Source of the DNA: Coriobacteriia bacterium
GTDB lineage: Bacteria; Actinomycetota; Coriobacteriia; Anaerosomatales; JAENZW01
Length of the DNA: 33,586 nucleotides
Assembly (NCBI GenBank): GCA_029858605.1
Contig: JAOUET010000003.1
Span: forward strand, 1-33,586
Direction of reading: 5' to 3'
This document shows positions 7,577 to 15,117 of this stretch, piece after piece. The notes under the pieces are model-generated. The model worked only from the letters and a program-made list of their open reading frames with translations, had not been told where the DNA came from and searched no databases. The position numbers and the translations under genes were made by a program. Positions within the stretch are counted from its first letter, which is position 1; each line of letters opens with the position of its first letter.

Positions 7577-8100
7577 GCAGCACCTCGCGCGAGGATCTCG
7601 GCCCGTACCTCGGCCGGCTGCATCGCCGCCCAGATCATGCCCAGCCGGAACGCGCCCCAGGCACGCGGATCGTCCGGCAGGTTCTCGACGACGACTGCGA
7701 CCATCGACCGCGACAGGTACTCGCGAGCGGCCGGCAGCCGCTCGAGGTTGCCGAGAACCCAGGCGAGCATCCGCTCGCGGTCCTGCTCGGCCTCGATCCG
7801 CATCCGCTCGAACGCTGCGGCCCGTTCGGCCGCTCGCTCGTCCGGCGTCTTCGCGGCACGCTCACCGGCCGAGGAGTTGCCGCGCTTGATCTCGTGGAAC
7901 TCGTTCCAGAACCACGACATCTCCGGCACGTGCGACGCACGCCGGAGCTTCACGCGGTTGATCGCCTCGGCGAGCCATTCCTGGTTGAGGTTGCGGAACG
8001 TGTCGCGGAAGAGGTCGATCCAGTCGACCGAGAGTCCGGCGCTCGGCCAGAGTCCGAGGATGCGCTCGATGTTGCGACCGATCGTGAGCGGTTCAGACAT
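7573..8100 (-). CDS. Hypothetical protein (possibly replication-associated, helicase-loader-like position)
   Basis: GGAGGTGACCGATG start; lies downstream of the initiator; no diagnostic motif. Confidence 0.65.
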   Translation of the reverse strand: MSEPLTIGRNIERILGLWPSAGLSVDWIDLFRDTFRNLNQEWLAEAINRVKLRRASHVPEMSWFWNEFHEIKRGNSSAGERAAKTPDERAAERAAAFERMRIEAEQDRERMLAWVLGNLERLPAAREYLSRSMVAVVVENLPDDPRAWGAFRLGMIWAAMQPAEVRAEILARGAA

Positions 8101-8356
8101 CGGTCACCTCCTCGGGCAGCATGTCGCGGAGTTCGGTGATCTGCTCGGCGCGTTCTCCGGCGATGCGCTCGAGCTCCGCGACGCGTTGACGGAGCGCGAG
8201 GATCGTCTCGACCGCCTCGCAGGCGATCGGCAGGTTCAGGCTCACGTCCTGCCGGAGCAGCCGGCAGCAGATGTCGGCGCGATCGAGGCGGCTCAACCGG
8301 AACTCGCGCTGGAGCATGTCGATCCGGCGTCGCGTGTCGTTCCAGGTATCAGGCAT
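8093..8356 (-). CDS. Small coiled-coil protein, paralog of 8349-8669
   Basis: DICCRLL...CEAVETILALRQRV. Confidence 0.7.
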   Translation of the reverse strand: MPDTWNDTRRRIDMLQREFRLSRLDRADICCRLLRQDVSLNLPIACEAVETILALRQRVAELERIAGERAEQITELRDMLPEEVTDV

Positions 8357-8669
8357 TCGCGACCGCCTTTCGCATCGGTCCGAGGATCATCTCGAGCCGG
8401 ATCTTGATCTCGTCGACCTCCTGCCGTGCGGTCTCGATCGCGGCCTGGAGCCGCGCGTTCTCGGCGTCGCTGGCCTGGACGATCGTGCGATAGGCGACGA
8501 TCTGATCGCGAAGCGCGAGGATCGTGTCGACCGCCTCCATGCAGTCGAGGTCGACCGCTCGCGTGTAGTGATCGACGCGATCGAGCAGTCGGTGCGTGAT
8601 GTCATTCGCCGGCACGCCGAGAGCGGCGAGTTCGGCCCGTAGTTGCGTTGCGCGTTCATCCGGTGTCAT
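8349..8669 (-). CDS. Small coiled-coil protein, paralog of 8093-8356
   Basis: DITHRLL...CMEAVDTILALRDQI; start motif GGAGATGACCGATG. Confidence 0.7.
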   Translation of the reverse strand: MTPDERATQLRAELAALGVPANDITHRLLDRVDHYTRAVDLDCMEAVDTILALRDQIVAYRTIVQASDAENARLQAAIETARQEVDEIKIRLEMILGPMRKAVANA

Positions 8670-9544
8670 CGGTCATCTCCTGTCATTCCAGGTCGGTACA
8701 TCCGAGCGCCGCTCGCCGTTCGAGCGACGCCATCGGCGTCGATCCAGCATCCGAGCGGCAGTGTGCGCTCGGCGTTTCGTTTCGTCAACTCGGGACCGCT
8801 CGAGCGGCGGTCCGCGTAGGCCTGACCTCGTGCCATCCATCGCCGCAGTCCGGCCCGTACGTTTCGCCAGCGGCCGGACGGCGACTCGGCCGCGAGCCAT
8901 GCGTGCGCCCTGGCGAGCTCGGCGTCGACATCGACCGCCGGATACGCCGCCGCCCAGGCTCGCCGGTCGGCGTCGGTGACGCCTGCGAATCCGGTCTCGG
9001 GATGCCACTCGATCGGAGAGGTTCGCGAGGCTTTCGGCTCGTTGGCGGTCCCGGTCGATGGCGTTTCGACATCGACAGGGACAAGACTGGAACCGCTAGG
9101 TTCCAGTCCTTGGTTTTCTGTCTTGGTCTTACTCTTACTCTTACTCTTGGCATTGCAGTCGGAATGCGGTCGCATTGCATCCGCATCCGCCTGCTCGTCT
9201 GGATGCCATCGGGCGGAGGCTGCCCGGCGAGCCGACGCCGACCGCCGCTCGCGGATCTCCGCCAGCGTCTCGCCCGGCCACGAGAACCGGATCGTGCCGG
9301 ACCGGCGATTCGCTGTAGCCCAGCCAGAGGCGATTAGAGCGTCCGTCGTGCCTGGAGGTACGCCGGTAGCCTCGTCGACCGCGGACGCGTCTAAAGCCGT
9401 CTGCGGCCCGTAGGATTGAACCCAGCACCAGATCGCCAGCACGCGACCGGCTCCCTCGAACCGTCCTACTTGCAGAGTCCGGCAGAATGCCACAAAGCGA
9501 GGCTTCCGGAACAGGTCGACATCCACGGGAATCCATCGTTCCAT
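8666..9544 (-). CDS. Putative replication initiator protein
   Basis: N-terminal WIPVDVDL..KP.F...AGRVLAIWCW, then ASARW and a SKSKSKTKTE linker, C-terminal AAYPAVDVDAEL..A..WL domain; typical phage initiator layout. Confidence 0.7.
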   Translation of the reverse strand: MERWIPVDVDLFRKPRFVAFCRTLQVGRFEGAGRVLAIWCWVQSYGPQTALDASAVDEATGVPPGTTDALIASGWATANRRSGTIRFSWPGETLAEIRERRSASARRAASARWHPDEQADADAMRPHSDCNAKSKSKSKTKTENQGLEPSGSSLVPVDVETPSTGTANEPKASRTSPIEWHPETGFAGVTDADRRAWAAAYPAVDVDAELARAHAWLAAESPSGRWRNVRAGLRRWMARGQAYADRRSSGPELTKRNAERTLPLGCWIDADGVARTASGARMYRPGMTGDDR

Positions 9545-9567
9545 CGGTCATCTCCGATCATCCGGTC

Positions 9568-9613
9568 GAAGAACCGGCCCGGCCGCCGCCAAGGAGAGCG
9601 ACGACCGGGCCGG
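9568..9613 (-). terminator. Stable hairpin / possible intrinsic terminator or attenuator
   Basis: CCGGCCCGGTCGTCGC-TCTCCTTG-GCGGCGGCCGGGCCGG followed by TTCTTC; 16-bp stem whose two G-U pairs work only on the minus strand. Confidence 0.6.
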
Positions 9614-9624
9614 CGTGAGAGGAG

Positions 9625-10134
9625 TCAGCGGATCGCGAGGCGCTTGCCTCGCTCTCCCAGTCTGGCGAACGGTAACGCCTGCCCGGCCTCGATGGCAAGC
9701 CGGATGCGTTCCTTATCCGGCTCCGTCCGCGTGACGGTCTTCGTCCAGTCGGCCGGAACCTCGCCATCGAGCAGCAGCGGAGCCTTCCCGCCGTTGCCGA
9801 CGACGCTCACCGCGTACCGGTCCGTCTCGAGCTTCTTCATGCCTCGAGCGTCCAGAGCGGCGAGCAGCCTCGCCGCGAGCCAGTCCGCCGACGCCTCGTC
9901 GACCTGGGCGCGACGGGCGAGGCGCTCGGCCTCGGCACGCCGGATATCCGCCCGAGCGCGGATCGACGTGATGAGCGCGGCGTAGTTGTCGACCTTGCCG
10001 GTCAGGTTCGCGTCGATCTCGGCGAACCACGCGTCGACGATCTCGGACACCTTCGGATCGGTAACGTCGCCGCCGACCTCGGCGAGCAGGTCGTCGAGCG
10101 CCTGCATGTCATCGGTGATCTGTAGCAGCCTCAT
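9625..10134 (-). CDS. Siphovirus Gp157 family protein
   Basis: L.QIT.D...L; KVDNYAALI; RAEAERLARR; PDKERIR.AIEAG..LPFARL...G.RL.IR. Confidence 0.85.
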   Translation of the reverse strand: MRLLQITDDMQALDDLLAEVGGDVTDPKVSEIVDAWFAEIDANLTGKVDNYAALITSIRARADIRRAEAERLARRAQVDEASADWLAARLLAALDARGMKKLETDRYAVSVVGNGGKAPLLLDGEVPADWTKTVTRTEPDKERIRLAIEAGQALPFARLGERGKRLAIR

Positions 10135-10391
10135 CGGTTCACCTCGTTTCGGTTTGACCAGGCCGTGCCTGGGTTCTCGTCAATGTGCGTGTATTGCGTC
10201 TCGCGCTTCGGCTCGTTGATGAACGCCTCGACCTGCGACGGGCGGAACCGCCAGACGCGAGGACCGATCGCGACCGGAGAGAGCCGGCCCTGCTTGATCC
10301 AGCGGTAGACGGTGTCGCGGCTGATGCCGAACCTCGCGGCGAACTGCTCGGGCGAGATCGACGGCGAGTCATCAGAAGGGGATCTCGACAT
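10131..10391 (-). CDS. Excisionase-like / MerR-type HTH DNA-binding protein
   Basis: SPEQFAARFGISRDTVYRWIKQGRL..V.IG...WRF....VEAFI. Confidence 0.85.
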   Translation of the reverse strand: MSRSPSDDSPSISPEQFAARFGISRDTVYRWIKQGRLSPVAIGPRVWRFRPSQVEAFINEPKRETQYTHIDENPGTAWSNRNEVNR

Positions 10392-11154
10392 CGTCGTCCT
10401 CCTTCGCGACCGGCTTCGCATGCGACTTCGCGCCGCGGATGTCGAGCAACTCGATCCCGCGGCCGCTCTCCTTCACCAGCACGTCGGCCTCAACGCCGAC
10501 GAGCTCGAGCGCCCGTCCGCCGTGCGTCGCGGAGAACGTCGAGAATCGCTCGCCGCCGGTCGTGAACACCGAGTAGAGACGCCACGGGCCTTTCGCCGAC
10601 TGGCCGTCCTTCGTCTCGACTTTCTCGACGGTCACGCGTTCCCAGCCGTCGTCGAGCGTGACCGGCTCGACCGGCTTCGCCGCCGGCTTCGCCTGCGGCT
10701 TCGGAGCCGTCGCCGCGTGAGCCTGCGGCATCGAGACCTGCCGCTGCGGCTTCGGCTCGTTCGTCGCGTTCCCGTCGTCGTCCTCGTCGCCGACCACGCC
10801 GAGAGCGGCCGACAGGCTGTACCGCCTGGCGTACGTCATCGCCGAGCCTGTCGCCTGAGGCTTCGCGAGGTCGACGCGGACTGGCACGGGCGCGAGCCGG
10901 ATCGTCTCGCCGCTTGCGTCGCGGATGACGGTCCAGCACATCAGGTTCCCGTCCGGCATCGGCTCGAAGTCGCTCGCGAGCGCGAGGCCGAACCGGGCGA
11001 GGTGCGGTCGGCACGTTTCGAGGAACGAGCCGAGGCTCGCGTACTTGAACCGGCCGAACGCGGTGTTGACCTTGTCGAGCGCCGGCGACGGCATCTCGGC
11101 AAGTGCCGCGGCGAACGCCGCCGCGATCGTCTCTGTCTTCTTCTCAGGCTTCAT
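10372..11154 (-). CDS. ERF family single-strand annealing protein
   Basis: KYASL...RPHL..GL; PQATGSAMTYARRYSLSAALGVVGDEDDDGN. Confidence 0.92.
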   Translation of the reverse strand: MKPEKKTETIAAAFAAALAEMPSPALDKVNTAFGRFKYASLGSFLETCRPHLARFGLALASDFEPMPDGNLMCWTVIRDASGETIRLAPVPVRVDLAKPQATGSAMTYARRYSLSAALGVVGDEDDDGNATNEPKPQRQVSMPQAHAATAPKPQAKPAAKPVEPVTLDDGWERVTVEKVETKDGQSAKGPWRLYSVFTTGGERFSTFSATHGGRALELVGVEADVLVKESGRGIELLDIRGAKSHAKPVAKEDDDVEIPF

Positions 11155-11341
11155 CGACGACCTCCTCGATCTTGCCGTCCCGGATCAGGTTGGCGAGCTC
11201 GTCGAGCTCCGCGACCCTCCGCTCGATGTTGAGGGCGATGTCGTATCGCTTCTCCTCGGCGGCCATCTTGCGGACTTGGTTCAACTCGAACGCGGCGCAC
11301 TCAAGCGCAAAGCAGAACATTCCGACTCGTTCAGGTGTCAT
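11144..11341 (-). CDS. Hypothetical early protein
   Basis: Start motif GGAGATGACCGATG; 65 aa. Confidence 0.7.
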   Translation of the reverse strand: MTPERVGMFCFALECAAFELNQVRKMAAEEKRYDIALNIERRVAELDELANLIRDGKIEEVVDEA

Positions 11342-11469
11342 CGGTCATCTCCATGGCCGGTCTTGATGGTTCCGTCCCGCTTGCCGGCCTCGATCACGAA
11401 CGGGAGGAAGACGCCGGGGATCACGATGATCCCGGCGAGGATGCAGCACGCAAGGTCAAGCCACGACAT
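11338..11469 (-). CDS. 43-aa single-pass membrane protein (absent from the ORF track)
   Basis: MSWLDLACCILAGIIVIPGVFLPFVIEAGKRDGTIKTGHGDDR*; GGAGGG RBS; fills the gap exactly and its stop overlaps the next ATG. Confidence 0.65.
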   Translation of the reverse strand: MSWLDLACCILAGIIVIPGVFLPFVIEAGKRDGTIKTGHGDDR

Positions 11470-11656
11470 CGACGGTCCCTCCGATGCGAGCGGTCCGCTT
11501 GGCCATCGCGAGATCGTTTCGCAGGCTGTCGAGGTCGACCCTGAACTGATCGAGCTGCTCGGCGAGCCGATCGCGTCCGGCCACGCGTGCCTGTTCGGCC
11601 TGCTGCCCGAGGTTGTAGATCGCGTAGTGAAGCGCGGCAGATTGTCGGTTTGTCAT
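11456..11656 (-). CDS. Hypothetical early protein
   Basis: Start motif GGAGATGACCGATG; 66 aa, helical. Confidence 0.7.
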   Translation of the reverse strand: MTNRQSAALHYAIYNLGQQAEQARVAGRDRLAEQLDQFRVDLDSLRNDLAMAKRTARIGGTVDVVA

Positions 11657-11700
11657 CGGTCATCTCCTACGGTGCGAGCCTGCGACGTTCGCAGGCGAAG

Positions 11701-11730
11701 CGGCCCGGTCGCGTTTCCGCGGCCGAGCCG
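11701..11730 (-). other. Intergenic RNA hairpin with GAAA tetraloop
   Basis: CGGCTCGGCCGCG-GAAA-CGCGACCGGGCCG just after the stop of the first early gene; no U tail. Confidence 0.6.
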
Positions 11731-11737
11731 TGAGCGG

Positions 11738-11977
11738 TCAGCCGTACTTCAGCGACCAGCCGAGCTCCTTGAAGAGCGGCCGAGCATCGTCCGAGATGAC
11801 GAGCACGTCGTTCCCGCGGCTCCGGCGAATCGACGCAAGCCCGTGCTTGACGAGGATGCGAGCCTGCATCAGGACCGCGCCCGAGATCATGTCAACTTGG
11901 TTGACCTCGTTGCGAGTGTCGATGTCGCGCATCGACTTGGCCACGGCGTGAATCGCGTTCTTGAGTTCGCTGTCCAT
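11738..11977 (-). CDS. First early gene, hypothetical
   Basis: Start motif AGGAGATGACCGATG; directly downstream of the promoter. Confidence 0.75.
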   Translation of the reverse strand: MDSELKNAIHAVAKSMRDIDTRNEVNQVDMISGAVLMQARILVKHGLASIRRSRGNDVLVISDDARPLFKELGWSLKYG

Positions 11978-11988
11978 CGGTCATCTCC
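11975..11988 (-). promoter_or_regulatory. Conserved translation-start motif GGAGATGACCGATG
   Basis: Exact copies at 11975-11988, 11654-11667, 11339-11352, 9542-9555 and 8667-8680; one-mismatch copy at 8098-8111. Confidence 0.9.
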
Positions 11989-12037
11989 TGCTTCGCCGCG
12001 AACCCCGCGGCGGTCAGCTCATCAGGCCGACAGGTGG

Positions 12038-12065
12038 AGGATACAGCCTCCTTCGGCCCTGTCAA
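12038..12065 (-). promoter_or_regulatory. Sigma70-type early promoter
   Basis: TTGACA-16 nt-TATCCT in the main intergenic region, ~60 nt upstream of the first early ATG. Confidence 0.75.
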
Positions 12066-12195
12066 CCCCTACGCCGCACTAAATCGGCCTAGATTCTGAC
12101 AGGTCCGGATAACCAGCCTTCTAGAACGTCGTAGGACGCGTCCGAGCCGGGCCGGACCGGACAGGCTCCCGGCTGCTACCAACGTGTCCCAGCGG

Positions 12196-12233
12196 AAGTA
12201 AACCGGCCCCGCGCCTAGAGGACGCGAGGCCGG
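12196..12233 (-). terminator. Intrinsic terminator at the end of the late operon
   Basis: CCGGCCTCGCGTC-CTCTA-GGCGCGGGGCCGG followed by TTTACTT. Confidence 0.7.
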
Positions 12234-12332
12234 GAGATGACTGCTGCCTGAGGCAGCACCGGAGGGGATGAGGCTCCGGGATGGATGGTCGGCGCAAGCG
12301 CCGGTCGGCTCGGGAATCCTACCGGCTCGGCA

Positions 12333-13748
12333 TCACGAGATCAACGCATCCGCGACGGTGACGTTCGTCCCGGTTCCGCTCGGCAGGAAGATCCCGCTCT
12401 CGTACAGGCCGAACATGCGGTCGAGCTCGAGGTTCATCTCGCCGACCGTGTTGTTCGAGATCGCGACCGTCGCGAGATCGCCGCGACGGCTATCCGTCGA
12501 GCCTGCCACGATCGCGACACCAGGACCGCCGGCCGCGAGTCGCTGCATCTCGCAGACCGTTACCTCGTCGATGAGGATCGAGCCGGTCGCGGTGAGCGCC
12601 GTCGTCAACTCGATGACGAGGTCGGTCTCGTCTGGAATGTTGACCGGCGAGACGACCGCGAAGCCGTGCCTGACGTAGGACGTTGTCAGGCTACCCCAGG
12701 CGACCGAGACCGTCATCGAGCCGAGCACCGTATCGGTCTGATCGCGGAACGAGATTCGCAGCGTGCCGGCAACCGCGGTCCCTTCCTGCCGAAGCCACGC
12801 CGAGAGCAGGTAGAGCGTGTCGCCCTTGAGCTTGCCGTAGGTTCCGCTCCCGTAGTTCATCCGCTGTCGGACCTTCGTCAGCGTCGAGCCGTCGCCGATG
12901 AACTTCAACGCGTACGATCCGCGCTGGGCGGTCGTGCTGCTCGCCACGTGAGTCGTCGCCGTGCCGGTCACGAGTTCCCAGCTCACCGGCACGTCGGACG
13001 CGAATACCTCGAAGTCGCTGTTCGTGAGCAGGTTCAGGCCGGGCGAGCCTCCGGCGTCCTGATCGCCGCAGGTCGCGGTCATCCGCATTGCGGTCCCGCT
13101 GCCGGCTCGCCATCGCCGATCGAGGTTCGGGAACGAACGGTCGCCAGTCACGGTCCAGACCTCGGAGCCGCTGGCGACGCCGGCGGTCTTCGTGTCCTCG
13201 GCGCATGAGAACGTCAGCGTCTCGGCCCGGAGGTACGGCTGGCCTGCGACCTTCGTCGCGAATACCACGTTGTTCTTGATGATCTTTGGAGCCTCGTCCG
13301 AGACGATGACGACCGCGTTCCCGGTGTTCGCCGCGTTGTACGAGGTCGCTCCGATCGTGAAGGACGACACCGCAACCTTCTCGCCGTCTCGGTTCATCTG
13401 AAACGCGAGCTCGCGCATCGCCTCGGGTACGGTCTTGGTCGGGAGCTTCGTGTCGGCGTCGACCATCTCGATGAGCGTCCGCTCGGCTGCGGCCTTGATG
13501 CCGACCAGCGTCCCGAGGCTGGCGTCGGCGACGATGTCCTCGTTGGCGACGGCCTGCACGAGATCGGTCGCCATCGGAAGCGTTCCGGTCGTCGAGGCGA
13601 ACACCGAGTAGATCGTGCGGACGCCGCTGGTCGCGGTCGCCGAGGTCGGCGCGATCGCCTGCTGATGCGTCCGGATCGTCTTCGCCAGGCCGAAGAGCTT
13701 CCCGAGACGCGTGAAGAGACCGCCGGTTCCCGTGAGCGTGACTGCCAT
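12333..13748 (-). CDS. Virion protein with a carbohydrate-binding-like beta-sandwich
   Basis: 471 aa, Thr/Gly-rich; NLLTNSDFE.F....P.SW, YLLSAWLR and ILIDEV resemble a galactose-binding-like domain; last gene of the tail block. Confidence 0.6.
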   Translation of the reverse strand: MAVTLTGTGGLFTRLGKLFGLAKTIRTHQQAIAPTSATATSGVRTIYSVFASTTGTLPMATDLVQAVANEDIVADASLGTLVGIKAAAERTLIEMVDADTKLPTKTVPEAMRELAFQMNRDGEKVAVSSFTIGATSYNAANTGNAVVIVSDEAPKIIKNNVVFATKVAGQPYLRAETLTFSCAEDTKTAGVASGSEVWTVTGDRSFPNLDRRWRAGSGTAMRMTATCGDQDAGGSPGLNLLTNSDFEVFASDVPVSWELVTGTATTHVASSTTAQRGSYALKFIGDGSTLTKVRQRMNYGSGTYGKLKGDTLYLLSAWLRQEGTAVAGTLRISFRDQTDTVLGSMTVSVAWGSLTTSYVRHGFAVVSPVNIPDETDLVIELTTALTATGSILIDEVTVCEMQRLAAGGPGVAIVAGSTDSRRGDLATVAISNNTVGEMNLELDRMFGLYESGIFLPSGTGTNVTVADALIS

Positions 13749-13757
13749 GCGACTAGC

Positions 13758-14006
13758 CTACCAATGTCCTTTCGGGCATCGCTCGGAAGCGATGCGCCAC
13801 TTGGCCGAGAGGAAGCAGCCGCAGCCGCCTTTCGCGAGGTCGCAGCGGCTCGGCCGCTCGAGGTAGCAGCCGGACGGGCAAGCCTCGCAGATCGCGATGC
13901 GTCGAGCGACTTCCGCCGGCTCGGCCGGCTCGACTCTCGCGACCGCCTTCGCGATGCCGATCGCGCCGCCGACCGCTCGCAGCATCAGGCCGGGCCGATC
14001 GCTCAT
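13758..14006 (-). CDS. Small Cys-rich protein (DUF6171-like pattern)
   Basis: RRIAICEACP...RC...GCGCFLSAK.R...ERCPKGHW; ATG 14006. Confidence 0.7.
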   Translation of the reverse strand: MSDRPGLMLRAVGGAIGIAKAVARVEPAEPAEVARRIAICEACPSGCYLERPSRCDLAKGGCGCFLSAKWRIASERCPKGHW

Positions 14007-14812
14007 GTGACATGCACCGTCCCAGGCGACCATATGAGCGTCTCGTTCGCGGCTTGGTACGTCTGCACGTTGAACGGCAGGTAGTCGCCGACGCGTGACC
14101 GGTAGTCGATTCGGCCATCGGCGCAATATGCGACCTGCGGACCCAAGTACAGCACGCCGCTCGCGTCCGGCGTGCCGACTCGACTCACGCCGCCAGTTCC
14201 GCTCCCTGGATCGTTGTGGCAGTAGTCGTAGCCGCTCGACGCGTAGCAGCCGTCACGAATGATCCCGAGGAACCGGATCGGCAGCACGACGTACCAACGT
14301 CCCGCGGTCGGACCTTGCGACGCGGTGTCGGCTCCGAACTCGACGATCGGCACGAACTGCACGTCGCAGACGCCTCCGCTCGCCGTGAGTTCGCCGATTC
14401 CCGAAAGGCACTGATACGCACCGCAGAAGTCCGGCGCTACCTGCTGGCAGGTGTAGAACTGTCCTGAGCCGGGCGGATCTTGCCATTGACACGCACACGG
14501 GCAGTTATAGAAGCCTGTCCCGAGGTTCGCCACGGCTTCGAGTTCGATCCCACACTCGCCGCACGGCGCGAACGGATTCGGATCTGTCCTCGTGATCCGA
14601 CCTCGGCCGACCTGGCCGGAATCGATCGTCGTCTGCCCGTAGCACGGACAGATGAAGTTCGGCACGTCAGGCAGGCACTCGCACGGGTTGAACAGGATCT
14701 GGAACGATCCGCTCCAGTAGATGCCGAACTCGGTCACGCCCGGCTCGCAGCAAGGCGAGCCGCACGGGTTCGCGCCGCAGCAGCACGCCATCGCCGCGAC
14801 GATGGCAGACAT
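14003..14812 (-). CDS. Cysteine-rich protein of the tail block
   Basis: 22 Cys in 269 aa by hand count; begins ACCCGANPCGSPCC. Confidence 0.75.
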   Translation of the reverse strand: MSAIVAAMACCCGANPCGSPCCEPGVTEFGIYWSGSFQILFNPCECLPDVPNFICPCYGQTTIDSGQVGRGRITRTDPNPFAPCGECGIELEAVANLGTGFYNCPCACQWQDPPGSGQFYTCQQVAPDFCGAYQCLSGIGELTASGGVCDVQFVPIVEFGADTASQGPTAGRWYVVLPIRFLGIIRDGCYASSGYDYCHNDPGSGTGGVSRVGTPDASGVLYLGPQVAYCADGRIDYRSRVGDYLPFNVQTYQAANETLIWSPGTVHVT

Positions 14813-15117
14813 CAGGCCGGCACTCCGTGAAACGTGACGGTGACGCCGGCCGCGTCTGCCTTGCCGCGAATCACGTCGCCCTCGTACATCGGGAACCGCG
14901 TCGAGTCGATGAGCGTCCCGTTCGGCGCGATCGCCACGTCGTAGAGGATCGCGTTATCCGTGCCGCTTGCCCTGCCCTGCGTGCAGTGATGCAGCCGGAC
15001 GCGTCGCGTAGCCGCGGTCGTGTTCGCGATGTAGATCGCGTGCATGACCTGCCGCGAGCCGCTCGGCACGACGTAGAGCCGCTCGTCGTTCGTCGTGAGC
15101 GCAAGACTGAGCGCCAT
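14812..15117 (-). CDS. Small beta-rich virion protein
   Basis: ATG 15117 (TGATG overlap); LYVVPSG..., IYIANTT, GDVIRG.AD..GVTVTFHG. Confidence 0.7.
   Translation of the reverse strand: MALSLALTTNDERLYVVPSGSRQVMHAIYIANTTAATRRVRLHHCTQGRASGTDNAILYDVAIAPNGTLIDSTRFPMYEGDVIRGKADAAGVTVTFHGVPA

Noticed and set aside
10131-10391. Evidence for a temperate lifestyle from the excisionase-like HTH
   Set aside because: No tyrosine or serine integrase, CI-like repressor or ParA partner is recognisable; such HTH proteins also occur in lytic phages.
8098-11988. CRISPR-like array formed by the repeated 14-mer
   Set aside because: The repeat is too short, irregularly spaced by whole genes, always coincides with start codons, and there are no cas genes.
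11981-12037. Active hammerhead ribozyme
   Set aside because: GAAG replaces the conserved GAAA and stem I is essentially absent; kept only as a structured leader.
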